Positions 32,084-43,242 are shown, counted from the stretch's first letter. The stretch: 64,000 nucleotides of DNA from Andalucia godoyi And28 (GCA_009859145.1 VRVR01000036.1:224972-288971); one strand, 5' to 3'. Made by a program: numbers and translations. The notes: a model not told the origin generated them from the letters alone.

Positions 32084-32134
32084 CTGGCGAATAAATAAAT
32101 AAAAAGTGAAAGCCAATGTGCAATGGTCCCTTAC
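32084..32134 (-). other. Intron-like 51-nt segment (GTAAGG...TTCGCCAG) in an unannotated stretch
   Basis: Consensus donor GTAAG, T-rich tract and CAG acceptor on the minus strand. The host transcript is not identified. Confidence 0.4.
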
Positions 32135-33040
32135 GATACCAGTAAAATATGCGGCGAGTGGTAGTATAATCCTCCAGCCCAAAACATCTGGTGGACGGCT
32201 GTGAATACCATCGGATAGTATAGCCGAGGTGACTGCCGTCGACGTTGCTGTTGAATGAAGGCCGACCTTTTCCCCCTGCAGATTGCTGCCGCCGGTTGTT
32301 GTCGTTGTTGTTGTCCACTCTCGAATATTGACAACCGATTCCTTGTAATCGATGATGGGCACTGATGCGGATTGTAAAAGTCACTTTACGCCAAATAAAT
32401 CTGTCTGAGGCGCAGCATGCGAGCCAAATGTTTGGAAGAGAGGTTTGGGTTGGAGGGTAGTACTTAAAATGTCCTTACGTGCGTACTTAACGTTACGTTC
32501 AAGACTGAATCAGCAAAAAGATCCAATGCTTGGCAGCTGTCGAAGTCTATGTTTGCTTGGACATGCTGGTTCGTCCGATGCAAGCACGATGCTTTTTCAT
32601 TCAGTCTCCATCTGTCAATGTGCCCTTATCGTGATCTCTCCTGTTTTTTTTGGGACGGTCTGTCCCGATGCTGCCCGGGCAATTGTACTACTGGTCCGCC
32701 CGTGCAAGTACAGAATCCTGATTCTGGCAGCACCAACCACTCCTTTCTGCTACGTTCCTTTTGGCAGGAAGAAAGCAGTCAAAAAAATAAAGTGGCGTCA
32801 AATAAAAAAATACAGAAAGAAACAGAAACCAGCGAAATCGCACCCCTCAACGAGAAGTCCATTCGAAGCTCCTTTCTTGTGTTTTCAAGCATGTCTGTGC
32901 ATCCATGCATGCATGCATCCGTCCATCCATCCATCCAACAACACCACCAGCACCAACAAATAACGAACATCAGAATATTTACGACGAAACTTACCGGATA
33001 ACGAAACAAGGAACGGACGGGCTTGAGGGAGAAAAAAAAA

Positions 33041-34339
33041 ATGGACTATGGGCGTGCAGATGCGTCCGCGGAGGGTCGAGGGACGTCGGTCTACCAGGCT
33101 GTTTTTGAGATCTGCAGAGTTCCAATGGTGCTGATTTCGGTCGACGAAACGATTCTCAATGTGAATTCTGCGTTTCTGGAGTGTTTTGGAGTCGAGCGAT
33201 CCGCAGTGACCGGAGAGCCCTTCTCGGTGCTTGTCGATGACGTTGAGCACATGTGTGTGACCACCGATGCAGGGTATCTGGGATTGATCAATCAGATTGA
33301 CAGCATCGACCACTTTCTGCATGTTCGCCACCATATTTCTGGCGAACTGGTGCTGTGTCGAATGGGAATGACGCTCATTCGAGATGTTACCACGGGGTTC
33401 TCACTGTACTGTCTGTTTGAGTTTCAACCGGTGCAAATGCTCCAAAAGTACTTGTCGCCGCGGTTCTTTTCAGAGCACCACCGGTTCCACGCGTCATCTT
33501 TTCGACCCATTCCAGATCCACGGACGCTTGTCGCGAAGTACCAAACCATCCCTTCTCGGTTTTCCCTCGATGATCTACACAAGCGCCCGTGTCCAGTGGA
33601 CCTGTACAACACACTGCAACTGCTTGTGGGGTCCAATCCACGACCAATCATGTACTTATCTGCCGACCCTTCGTGCAAGATTATGTGGGCGAACAAAGCC
33701 GCTTGCGCGTTCCTCGCCATTGATCCATTGAGCCACGTGGGCCTGTCCTTTGCATCCGTGCCAGTGCTGCACAACACGGAAATTGTGCAGCAGATTCTCC
33801 AGCACTCTCGCGACCGCGTGCCCGAGTTCGTCATTCTTTCGCGACCATTGTCGAGATATTCTGGAGTGAATGTTCAGGGCGGAGGCGCAGCCAGCGACAA
33901 GCGAACGTTTCGATTGTGGGTTTCGTGTTTGCGATTCCACATTGCTGAAGATACTTCCCGAGAACTGTTCTATACGTACTTGAAAGTCGTCCCCGTTCAT
34001 TATTGGAAAACCCAGCTTTCCAGCCGTTTTCATGCCTTGCGACATCACTCGACGCATACTGCTTCGTCGAATGAGACTCAGCCGTCCAGCAGTCTCGGCA
34101 GTAGTTCACATGGTGCTGGAGCATCATCCCATAGCGTTACCGACCACGGTTCCAACTCTCCGTCATTTGACTATTACGCTGGAACGCCGCTGTCCGATGC
34201 GTACTCGGACGACGATGATCGGCCTGCAGTGGACGTCGGTCCTCTCGAGGTGTCAGATATTCTGTGGAGAGAGTATCAAATCTGGGAAGGTCTTGCGAAC
34301 TCCCAAACATCGCCTTCCAGTGCGGAGCGCCGTTACTGA
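33041..34339 (+). CDS. Tandem PAS-domain sensor-like protein without a recognisable output domain
   Basis: PAS1 YQAVFEICRVPMVLISVDETILNVNSAFLECFGVERSAVTGEPFSVL; PAS2 NPRPIMYLSADPSCKIMWANKAACAFL; Ser-rich tail. ATG at 33041. Confidence 0.75.
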   Translation: MDYGRADASAEGRGTSVYQAVFEICRVPMVLISVDETILNVNSAFLECFGVERSAVTGEPFSVLVDDVEHMCVTTDAGYLGLINQIDSIDHFLHVRHHISGELVLCRMGMTLIRDVTTGFSLYCLFEFQPVQMLQKYLSPRFFSEHHRFHASSFRPIPDPRTLVAKYQTIPSRFSLDDLHKRPCPVDLYNTLQLLVGSNPRPIMYLSADPSCKIMWANKAACAFLAIDPLSHVGLSFASVPVLHNTEIVQQILQHSRDRVPEFVILSRPLSRYSGVNVQGGGAASDKRTFRLWVSCLRFHIAEDTSRELFYTYLKVVPVHYWKTQLSSRFHALRHHSTHTASSNETQPSSSLGSSSHGAGASSHSVTDHGSNSPSFDYYAGTPLSDAYSDDDDRPAVDVGPLEVSDILWREYQIWEGLANSQTSPSSAERRY

Positions 34340-34457
34340 TACAGTCCAATGGTGCGGGTCACCTATCGGTGCGTGTTCAATTTTCCTGTTGTATGTACAT
34401 TGCTGCCGACTGCAGAACGGGGGGATGCTGGGTCTTTGAGTTATTACATATTCGCAT

Positions 34458-34458
<1 letters not shown>

Positions 34459-34500
<42 letters not shown>
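34459..34500. repeat. (CT)n microsatellite
   Basis: Direct reading of the sequence. Confidence 0.95.
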
Positions 34501-34504
<4 letters not shown>

Positions 34505-34813
34505 CTGACAAACAAACAGCCAAACACACTCCTCGCACTAAAATTTACAATAATCTTTTCGATTAACGGATGCCCCCCCTCGCTGACAACTCTTGCAACC
34601 AAAAAAAAAACACAAAAAACACCAATACACACATGTACACGCACATGCACTCACACACACACACATCGACGTGCAGACAGATCGATGTGAAACATACCAC
34701 GATTCCATTCTTTTGAAACAACATCACACATATACATACAAATATTACAATTTTGAAGGCAGAATGAACCGACGACCTCTCCTGCGAGAAACCAAAGCAG
34801 ACGGATACCGAAT

Positions 34814-35971
34814 TTAGCTTACCGACTGATACTCTTCGGGACTCGGTTCGCAGCATGAAAACTTGAAAACACGATTGTAAATGAAAGTCCCAGCCACCAT
34901 CAGCGCAAATCCAATTAGCTGCAAATACGAATAGTCCGTCCACGGTTCGCCATAGTAGGCATCGATCTCATAGTACATCAGCAGTTCGAATCCCCATACC
35001 AGAATCGTTCTGCAGGCATCAATCAAGCACCGATGGAGCGCAGAGAGCCTGTGTGTCACGGTCAGTCCCGAGTAATTGTACACTGCAATCGAGCAAATGT
35101 ACCCGGAGATCAGAGCTGCAATAGTCGCGGAATTGCCAATCATAACCATCGAGTCGACAGAGTTTTCATACCGATTCCCTGCATCATGACCTGGAACAAA
35201 GTACAGCACAGGAAGAACAATACATATCATAAATAGTGTCCCAAACATTCCCTCGCCTCCGACAACCTTGAGAGGCGGCACTTTTCTCTTTTTGACAAAC
35301 TTCTCTTCAATCACAAACTGGATCGCCGAGACAAGCTGTCCTATAACGATGAATGAATTTCCCAAGACTGCAGTTCCCAACGACTGGTTGCGGTGCTCGT
35401 GCTTATTGAGAACCGATGCCACTCCAACGAAAATCAAGCCACAGACGACAACAAGAATCCCAAAGACCTGCGACGCACGCAGCCTCCTTTTCAGAAACAC
35501 AACGCTCAGAATGGCAGTAAATACAAGAATGGAGCCGCGGAGCATTTGGTACACAGACGCAGTCGTCAGCACTAGCGCAATACCCGAGAGCGTGGTTCCC
35601 GTCAAATCACACAAACACGGCGGCACGAAGATGAACCAGTCGCGCTTCCGGGTGAATCCATACTGCAAATCCGGTCTCAGAGCATCGTCTGCAGATGAAT
35701 TAATCAGCCTTGCTACTTCAAACGGTGTTTCGTTTTCTCGTCTGCGCTTGCGATACTGCAGGAAAAAGAAGAGAAACAGACAGAAAAACTCGCCAATAAA
35801 CATGCAAAGGGTAGAGAACCACGGTTTTTCAAACCGGTGCGATCCATCGACCCCATCCGCGCTCGTCTGATACGAAACCTTCTTTGACACCGTGTTGACT
35901 ACTCCCGACACAAGCATCATAGCAACAAGGAATGCATGCCCAATCTTCGAATCCCATATCGAAGTCTGCAT
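34814..35971 (-). CDS. SLC35F6-like drug/metabolite (nucleotide-sugar) transporter
   Basis: MLVSGVVNTVSKK, FEKPWFSTLCMFIGE, PCLCDLTGT, ASVYQMLRGSILVFT, QFVIEEKF, VGGEGMFG; about 10 TMs. Confidence 0.9.
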   Translation of the reverse strand: MQTSIWDSKIGHAFLVAMMLVSGVVNTVSKKVSYQTSADGVDGSHRFEKPWFSTLCMFIGEFFCLFLFFFLQYRKRRRENETPFEVARLINSSADDALRPDLQYGFTRKRDWFIFVPPCLCDLTGTTLSGIALVLTTASVYQMLRGSILVFTAILSVVFLKRRLRASQVFGILVVVCGLIFVGVASVLNKHEHRNQSLGTAVLGNSFIVIGQLVSAIQFVIEEKFVKKRKVPPLKVVGGEGMFGTLFMICIVLPVLYFVPGHDAGNRYENSVDSMVMIGNSATIAALISGYICSIAVYNYSGLTVTHRLSALHRCLIDACRTILVWGFELLMYYEIDAYYGEPWTDYSYLQLIGFALMVAGTFIYNRVFKFSCCEPSPEEYQSVS

Positions 35972-36276
35972 GATTTCCCCTCCTTTTTGCTAAGCTCCTG
36001 CGTTCTCCCCGCAATTCGATCACCACCAACTCCCAACTACCACCAATCGCCACCGCCGCCGCCGCTCCTTTTCCTTTTTTCTTTTCTTGGTGCTGCTGAT
36101 GTTGCGACTCGATCGATATCCAATTGCTTCCTCTGTCCACACTTCACAGCCCTAACCACCCAACGGCCCCTCCTTTTTTACAGAAGATGCAAACCAAAAA
36201 TAGATGCTCCCTTCGATAAAAACGTATTAGTACAAGTATTTCTCTAATGACTGTTGGCGTGGGAACTTCAATTCAC

Positions 36277-36307
<31 letters not shown>

Positions 36308-36734
36308 CGCGTGAATGGCGTCTACAAACTAAAATAATAAAATATTTAAAACAAACCAGAACACCAACAACCCAACACACAACAAAGAAACAAGGAGAAA
36401 AGAGGAAAAGAGCAGCGAGCCTGTGCAGTCCTGCTTTTGCTTGGCGCTAGCATCAATCATGTAATTCAGGACAACACACTGCGCGAAACGATTCCTTTAT
36501 TGAAGGTCCTCCAACACGACTTTGTGATAAAAATCGCGAGCATTCGTATTGACGGATCAAAATCCAGAAACAATAGACAAACATTCAATCATCCACACAC
36601 AAATCATACCAACACAGAGAGAGATAGCCATCATCACATTCAAAAGAACAGCAACAACCACAACCAAAAAAAAAAAAAAAGTAAAAAAATATAATAATAA
36701 TAATGAAGAAAAGAAGAGACCAACACAGAACACT

Positions 36735-37919
36735 TTACTCGACGTTGAGTTGCTTGGGATGCTCCCACGTGAACTCGGGGAGTTCGCGTCCAAAGTGTCC
36801 ATATGCAGCAGTCTTGGAGTAGATGGGTCTCTTGAGGTTGAGCTCCTTGATGATCTGGTACGGTCTGCAGTTGAAGTTCTTCTTGATGATCTCAAGAATC
36901 TTCGCCTCGGGAATGGCATTGGTTCCATACGTCTCAATGTTGATCGAGAGGGGGTCAGCAACTCCAATGGCATACGAAAGCTGGATCAATGCACGACGAG
37001 CAAGCTTGGAGGCAACGACGGACTTTGCAATCCAGCGGGCCATGTAGCATGCAGATCGGTCAACCTTGGACGGGTCCTTTCCAGAGAAAGCTCCACCACC
37101 GTGTGCACCCCAGCCGCCATACGAGTCGACGATGATCTTGCGTCCGGTAAGTCCGGCGTCTCCCTGGGGTCCTCCAATGACGAAGCGGCCAGACGGGTTG
37201 ATGTGGAAGATCGTCTCGTTGTCGAGGTACTTCGCCGGAACAACGACCTTGATGATGTGCTCGATCAGTGCGGCGCGGATGGTCTCGTTGTCGACCTCAG
37301 GTGCGTGCTGGGTCGAGATGAGGATGTTGTGGATGCGGACAGGGGTCAGTGCCTTGGTTTGCGCGTCCTTGGTGTACTCGACGGTGACCTGAGTCTTTCC
37401 GTCCGGTCGCAACCACGGGAGGGTTCCGTTCTTGCGAACCTCGGCCAGGCGGGCTGCAATCTTGGTGGCAAGCAGATGGGACAACGGCATCAGCTCCGGA
37501 GTCTCGTCGGTTGCATATCCAAACATGATTCCCTGGTCTCCAGCTCCAAGTTCCTCGTCCTTCTTTCCAACATGCACTCCCTGCGCAATATCCGGAGACT
37601 GCTGCTCGATTGCAACGAGAACATTGCAAGTCTTGTAGTCGAATCCCTTATCCGAAGAGTCGAAGCCAATGTTCTTCACGGCCTCACGGACAATCTTCTG
37701 GTAGTCAAGAACCGCAGACGTCGTGATCTCTCCGAAAACCATCACCATTCCAGTCTTTGAGGCCGTTTCGCAGGCAACCTTGGAGTTCGGGTCCTGGGCA
37801 AGGCAGGCGTCAAGAACTGCATCAGAGACCTGATCGCACAGCTTGTCCGGGTGGCCTTCCGTCACAGACTCGGAAGTGAAAAGGAAGGTCTCGTTGTCGT
37901 AAACTCGCTCGTTTGACAT
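36735..37919 (-). CDS. MAT: S-adenosylmethionine synthetase (canonical MAT type)
   Basis: [74 protein letters not shown] (MSNERVY) at 37919. Confidence 0.99.
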   Translation of the reverse strand: MSNERVYDNETFLFTSESVTEGHPDKLCDQVSDAVLDACLAQDPNSKVACETASKTGMVMVFGEITTSAVLDYQKIVREAVKNIGFDSSDKGFDYKTCNVLVAIEQQSPDIAQGVHVGKKDEELGAGDQGIMFGYATDETPELMPLSHLLATKIAARLAEVRKNGTLPWLRPDGKTQVTVEYTKDAQTKALTPVRIHNILISTQHAPEVDNETIRAALIEHIIKVVVPAKYLDNETIFHINPSGRFVIGGPQGDAGLTGRKIIVDSYGGWGAHGGGAFSGKDPSKVDRSACYMARWIAKSVVASKLARRALIQLSYAIGVADPLSINIETYGTNAIPEAKILEIIKKNFNCRPYQIIKELNLKRPIYSKTAAYGHFGRELPEFTWEHPKQLNVE

Positions 37920-38333
37920 TTTCCCTGTTGTTGTCTTTTGATGTTGGGGAGAAGAAAGAAGAAGTGGAAGCGGAGGAGGATAATATATCGCACAAGAGAA
38001 AAGGAAAAGAGAAAAGGAAAAAGAGAAAAGGAAAAAGAAAAAGAAAAGGAAAAAGAAAAAAAAGAAAAGGCGGAAAAGGCAAATAGAGAATGCAGGAAAA
38101 AACGATTTGATCAACGAGCATGAGCGACACTCGCCCCCGTTTTCGCAGCCGCAAGCGCATGAAAGGATTTTTCGGGCCGATTTTGTTTTCTGTCCCGTAG
38201 CCCCTCCCCCGCCGCTGCGCAAAGAAAAGGGAAATGGAAAGGGAATGGCGAGGATGTATGACGTGACATCTATGTCAGTCTTGCTCGGAGAGGATGCTTT
38301 TTTATTTACAACAGATAGACCATGAAGACCATC

Positions 38334-38915
38334 TCAGAGGTCTCGAATGACGCGACAAGGATTCCCGGCAGCAACGACGTTTGCAGGGATATTTCTTGTC
38401 ACTACGCTTCCGGCGCCAATAGTGGAGTTGTCGCCGATGGATACTCCAGGGCACAGGATTGCCGAACCGCCGATCCACACGCGGTTCCCAATCTGGATGG
38501 ACCTTGCGAGCTCGGGCCCTGCAGTCCGTAGTCCAGCATCCAGCGGATGTGTGGCCGTGTAGATCTGCACATTGGGACCACACATCACGCCGTCTCCGAA
38601 ATGCACTTCGGCACAGTCCAGTACAACACAGCCGAAATTCATGTACAGGTCTTCTCCTGCATAGATATGCGCGCCATAGTCACAGCGGAAGGGAGGCTCG
38701 ATCGTGATCCGGTCTCCCGTCTTTCCTAACAAGTCGCTTAGAATCCTTTTTCGTAACTCGGCTTCCTCCTCAGTCGATGCATTGTAAGCTCGCGTTAGCC
38801 GCCGTGCGGTCGCTCGCATGTGCACAAGCTCAGGATCGCCCGCTTGGTATAGCTCACCTGCGAGCATCTTTTCTCTCTCGGATAGTATACAGGACTCCGA
38901 AGGCACATCACTCAT
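38334..38915 (-). CDS. maa: Maltose/galactoside O-acetyltransferase (hexapeptide-repeat, bacterial Maa type)
   Basis: SEREKMLAGELY, IEPPFRCDYG, GPNVQIYTATHPLD, IGNRVWIGG, IGAGSVVTRNIPANVVAAGNPCRVIR. Confidence 0.95.
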   Translation of the reverse strand: MSDVPSESCILSEREKMLAGELYQAGDPELVHMRATARRLTRAYNASTEEEAELRKRILSDLLGKTGDRITIEPPFRCDYGAHIYAGEDLYMNFGCVVLDCAEVHFGDGVMCGPNVQIYTATHPLDAGLRTAGPELARSIQIGNRVWIGGSAILCPGVSIGDNSTIGAGSVVTRNIPANVVAAGNPCRVIRDL

Positions 38916-39243
38916 TTTTGGTCTATCCCCCCACTGTGCTCAACACCACTCTCTCCAACTCTCTCACTCGTTTTTTCTTTCTTTCTCACTTCTTTTCTTC
39001 TTGATCTTTTTCTTCTTGGTCTTTCTTCTCGATCCTTTCCCCATCGGGGAATTATGTTTGCTATCCGACCGAAAAACGACTCCCAAATCTCCGACACGAA
39101 CAGCAAACCTTCCCGCTTTTGCTCGATTTCGTGCGTTGCAGTCTGTTTCTTCTCTCTTCTCTCTTCTCTCTTTTTCTTTTACCTTTTTCGCCTTCTGGGA
39201 CAGGGTTCTCGCTTACGTTGTAATATCTTCTTTTTTAGGAAAG

Positions 39244-40368
39244 ATGATTCCTGGAGCAAGGCCAGCGTCATCTATACTGCTGACCGCTCCATTGTGTCGT
39301 TTCCCGTCTTCTTTTCTGAGCTCGAAAAATGCAGCATCGTGCGATTACCGAGTGCTGATGCTGCAACGGTCGTCCAAGTCAAAGTTCTTTCCTTCATCGT
39401 ACGTGTTTCCTGGCGGTGCAGTTGACGCCCAGGATTTCGCTACTCCTTATGTGTCTTCCAGCTCGACGCCATTTCTGGAATCTTCGTCATTGGCCTCGAG
39501 GCCTGCGGTGATGCAGCCAGGAAAGAACGGTTCTGCCGATGCAGTTGGAAAGAAACAGGTGAGCGCGGACGCATTTCGTGTTTCTGCAATCCGGGAGCTG
39601 TTCGAAGAATCCGGGTATCTGTATGGATCGGAGATTCGGGAAGAAATCGGGGATGCTCGGAGCAAGAAAACAATGGACCGGGATGCCGTACATGCTGGTT
39701 CGCAGCGATTCGCAGCCGAGCTTGCCCAGTCCAGAAAGTCCCTCGATCTGGGAAGTTTGTTTCCTATATCCCGGTGGATCACTCCTTTTCAAGAGTATGA
39801 TACGCGACGGTTTGACTGTGTGTTTTATGCAGCACCACTGCACGACGAACATGCGGTTGCGGACGGCTCTCGGTGCAGCAGCATTCTTGACATCCAGCAC
39901 GACAACGTTGAAACGGTTGATACATTATGGATCTCGCCTGCAGAAGCGCTTAGGCGGTGTGAAAGAGGGGAAATTATGCTCCCGCCTCCCACGCACTCTT
40001 TGCTTTCGTGGATGGACCATTTTCCACGACATGCAGATTGGAAGACTGCGGTGGCGCGACTAAGGCCAGAAACTGCTGATTCTCCGTCCCGCTACTTCCT
40101 TGGATTGCCGAATGTCTCTGAATTTGCCACGATTCTGCCGGCGTTGATAGCAGTTCCCGGTGCCCACCGGTGTGATCCCACCAACAAGTACTTTGGAGTA
40201 TCCAAAGTGCTCATTTTTCCAGGCGACTCGGCATACGAAGAGTGCCAGAAGATCGGACTTGAAAATCCACAGCATGTGTGGGATTCAGTTCCCAGAGAAG
40301 GCCTTACAGTCCATAGAATCATCTGGAGAGCTCCTGCTCTCTACACTGTTTTGCGCTCCTCGCTCTAG
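39244..40368 (+). CDS. Nudix hydrolase, NUDT19-like (acyl-CoA diphosphatase family)
   Basis: RPASSILL, VLMLQRSSKSKFFPSSYVFPGG, AIRELFEESG, WITP...RRFDCVFY, WISPAEAL, IMLPPPT. ATG at 39244. Confidence 0.85.
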   Translation: MIPGARPASSILLTAPLCRFPSSFLSSKNAASCDYRVLMLQRSSKSKFFPSSYVFPGGAVDAQDFATPYVSSSSTPFLESSSLASRPAVMQPGKNGSADAVGKKQVSADAFRVSAIRELFEESGYLYGSEIREEIGDARSKKTMDRDAVHAGSQRFAAELAQSRKSLDLGSLFPISRWITPFQEYDTRRFDCVFYAAPLHDEHAVADGSRCSSILDIQHDNVETVDTLWISPAEALRRCERGEIMLPPPTHSLLSWMDHFPRHADWKTAVARLRPETADSPSRYFLGLPNVSEFATILPALIAVPGAHRCDPTNKYFGVSKVLIFPGDSAYEECQKIGLENPQHVWDSVPREGLTVHRIIWRAPALYTVLRSSL

Positions 40369-40588
40369 AAGGGCAAAGCTGCTTTTGCTGCGTGCCATCT
40401 GCTGTATTTGTTTGTTTTCCCCATCGATCTACGGTGGCGTTTTTTCCGACATAAAAAAACCTCTCTTCTCTCTCTCTCTCTTTTCTCTCTCTTTTTCTCT
40501 CTTTTTCTCTCTATGTCGCTGCATTCATTTCACCTTTTCGCAAGATATACGGCGTGTTTATGCGTGGGTGGTTGTGTTTCCGCATTTG

Positions 40589-41377
40589 ATGCATTCTTTG
40601 TTCTACATCGCCGTTGCGTTTGCGACGCAGCTTCCATTTTGGATCTTTGCTGTTACGCTTCGAAGAGACACGGTCACGGATGCAGCGTATGCAACCGGGT
40701 TTGTTCTCACTGCGTCCTATGCAATTTTGTTCGATACTGCCCACGTGGATCATCCGTGGTCGGTGTACGTGGCGTGGTGCATGGTTGTTGTGTGGGCCGT
40801 TCGGCTAGGGTCGTATCTTGCTTATCGTGTGCATACCAATAATGGCCGCGATGCGCGGTTTGACAAGATGCGGAACAGTCCGCTGCGATTTTCCGTTTTC
40901 TGGATTCTGCAGTCCGTGTCCATTTACATTATTTTACTGCCGTTTCTGCAGTTTGTGGCAAAGAGTGCTCGCGGGGAAGTGAGTGCAGCTTGGCAGATGC
41001 TGGCGGTTGGAGGCGCGTTGTTGTTTGCAGCTTCCTTTTCGATTGAAACAATTGCGGATTATCAAAAATTCATTTTCAAGCGTAAGAACAAGTCTGCACT
41101 TTGTACCCAAGGCCTTTGGGGCTTTGTTCGCCATCCATCGTATACTGGTGAAATTGGAGTTTGGACAGGAATTTGGATCTTTGCGATTTCGCAGTACGCG
41201 GAGCACGCCCCTTCCGAACTGGTGCTGTCGTTCACCGGGCCGTTCTGGATAACGTTCTTGCTGCTCAAGCTGTCTGGAATCCCAATTCTCGAACGCGACT
41301 GGAAAAAGAGGTACGGTGAGGTGTACTACAATTACACCAAACGAGTCCCCTTTCGAATCTTTCCCGGAATATATTGA
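40589..41377 (+). CDS. DUF1295 membrane protein (steroid 5-alpha-reductase-like / ICMT-like fold)
   Basis: TDAAY, WAVRLGSYLAYR, DARFDKMR, ETIADYQKF, GLWGFVRHPSYTGE, SGIPILE, YNYTKRVPFRIFP. ATG at 40589. Confidence 0.9.
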   Translation: MHSLFYIAVAFATQLPFWIFAVTLRRDTVTDAAYATGFVLTASYAILFDTAHVDHPWSVYVAWCMVVVWAVRLGSYLAYRVHTNNGRDARFDKMRNSPLRFSVFWILQSVSIYIILLPFLQFVAKSARGEVSAAWQMLAVGGALLFAASFSIETIADYQKFIFKRKNKSALCTQGLWGFVRHPSYTGEIGVWTGIWIFAISQYAEHAPSELVLSFTGPFWITFLLLKLSGIPILERDWKKRYGEVYYNYTKRVPFRIFPGIY

Positions 41378-41643
41378 TCCGCAGCGACAACTCCAGCCGG
41401 GAATATTTGCCTGCTCCCGAACGCTGTTCCATATTATTACTTTGTTGACCTTGAATTTTCTTCATTAAAAAATACATTGATGCTGCAAACACGAGATCAA
41501 GAGGTGGATAAGATGAAACAGGAAGAAGAAGAAGTACAATAATAATAATGAAGAGAGCAACTGAACAAAACAACACATTTCTCACCTTTATCGCACCCAA
41601 AAGCCGAAATCAGATCCCCCCAGCGCGCAGACACATGGACACG

Positions 41644-41644
41644 C

Positions 41645-41692
<48 letters not shown>
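41644..41692. repeat. (CAGA)n tetranucleotide microsatellite
   Basis: Direct reading of the sequence. Confidence 0.95.
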
Positions 41693-41694
<2 letters not shown>

Positions 41695-41731
41695 CGGCCA
41701 CTGGGAAGGGAGAGGCGTCGCCGCTTCTTGA

Positions 41732-42706
41732 CTAAAGAAAGAGTCCCGAAACGGACTCGGAGTTATGCACGCGTCGGATCGCTTCGGCAACCAACTGGGC
41801 GACGGACACTTGTCTGATTTTCGCGAGCGAAGCCGCCGGAACTGCAGGCAGCGGAATGGTATCGGCCACAATCAGGCAATCCAGTGGGGATGCAGCGATC
41901 TTGTCGACTGCCTTTCCAGATAACAGCGGGTGCGTGACGAATGCCAGCACTCTTCTTGCGCCCTTTTCCTTGAGTAGCTCTGCAGCCTTGCAAAGCGTTC
42001 CAGCGGTGTCCACCATATCATCGACGATAATCACATCGCAGTCGTCCACCGAACCAACAAGCTCCATGGACGAGACCTGATTGGCCTGCTCACGCTTTTT
42101 GTTGATAATTGCAACACCAACGGTTCCAAATCCATCTGACTCCACAGCCTGTCGAAACCGCTCTGCTCGCTCGAGACCACCCGCATCTGGCGACACAATC
42201 GTAATGTTTCTTAAATCCCTGTAGTGTTTCACCATATCCCGCAAAAACACTGGAACTGCATACAAATTATCCACGGGGATCCGGAAGAATCCCTGGATCT
42301 GTCCGCAGTGCAGATCCACTGCAAGAACGCGGTTGGCGCCCGCAGCCTCGAGCAGCTGCGCACAAAGCGCGGCAGAAATTGGCACGCGCGGCTTCGTTTT
42401 GCGGTCTTGGCGCGCATATCCATAGTACGGCATCACCGCAGTAATCCGGAAGCACGAGGCACGGCGCAGCGCATCCATGATCAGGAACAGCTCCATGTAA
42501 CTCTCATTCACGGGCGTGCACGTCGACTGAATGACAAAGACATCGCAGCCACGCACGTTCTCTGTAATCTGGATGGACACTTCGCCGTCTGCAAACCGAG
42601 TAATGTCAATTAATGAAAGGGGGCAAGACAGGAACTTTGAAACAGCTTGCGCGAAAGGTCGGCTCGACGAACCGGCAATAACCTTGAGCGGTGCGTTTGA
42701 CGACAT
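41732..42706 (-). CDS. PRS: Ribose-phosphate pyrophosphokinase (class I PRPP synthetase)
   Basis: RFADGEVSIQI, VMPYYGYARQDRK, DLHCGQIQGFF, VSPDAGGLERA, VDDMVDTAGTL. ATG (MSSNAP) at 42706. Confidence 0.98.
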   Translation of the reverse strand: MSSNAPLKVIAGSSSRPFAQAVSKFLSCPLSLIDITRFADGEVSIQITENVRGCDVFVIQSTCTPVNESYMELFLIMDALRRASCFRITAVMPYYGYARQDRKTKPRVPISAALCAQLLEAAGANRVLAVDLHCGQIQGFFRIPVDNLYAVPVFLRDMVKHYRDLRNITIVSPDAGGLERAERFRQAVESDGFGTVGVAIINKKREQANQVSSMELVGSVDDCDVIIVDDMVDTAGTLCKAAELLKEKGARRVLAFVTHPLLSGKAVDKIAASPLDCLIVADTIPLPAVPAASLAKIRQVSVAQLVAEAIRRVHNSESVSGLFL

Positions 42707-43136
42707 CGGAGAGGGCGAGGACAGATGTACGTTCGAAGGATTCTGGAACACGTCCGATGCTTGCCCTTCACAATTGGATGATCAAATTTGGTAATTACAA
42801 AACAACAATAATAAAAGAAGACAGATGGAAGGCGGAAAAAAATAATAGAAAATAATGAAATAATGAAATTGGGAATTTCCCTTTGTGCCGAATAGGCAAA
42901 CGACGGGAAGCACAGAAAAAGCCAGCCAACAAAGAAAACACAAATATTCTGAACAGCAACTGGGCTGCATAATGCGTAAGGCTTGGACAGAGCCCTTGGG
43001 TCGTGTATACAGCAGTTTTCGGAGATTTTCCCCCATTTCTTCTTCTTCTTTTGTTGTTGTTTGAGTGTGAGACAGTCTGATCGTCTGTGGGTTTGTAATC
43101 CTCATCACTGCTGCTCTTCATCACAGAACGAGGTGA

Positions 43137-43137
43137 A

Positions 43138-43201
<64 letters not shown>

Positions 43202-43202
43202 G
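43137..43202. repeat. (AAAG)n plus (AG)n compound microsatellite
   Basis: Direct reading of the sequence. Confidence 0.95.
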
Positions 43203-43242
43203 GAATATCACGGGAAGGGTTCACAAGTTACGGCAGCAGCAT

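Noticed and set aside
36549-37760. 403-aa plus-strand ORF
   Set aside because: Antisense shadow of the codon-biased SAM synthetase gene; no motifs of its own.
37920-38222. N-terminal Phe-rich extension of SAM synthetase, and similar extensions of CASP, TBC, Nudix, DUF1295 and exportin-T in the track
   Set aside because: Low-complexity spacer/UTR sequence translated from non-ATG starts; family homology begins at the downstream ATG.
40160-40368. Apparent overlap of the Nudix and DUF1295 genes
   Set aside because: Disappears when DUF1295 starts at the ATG at 40589.
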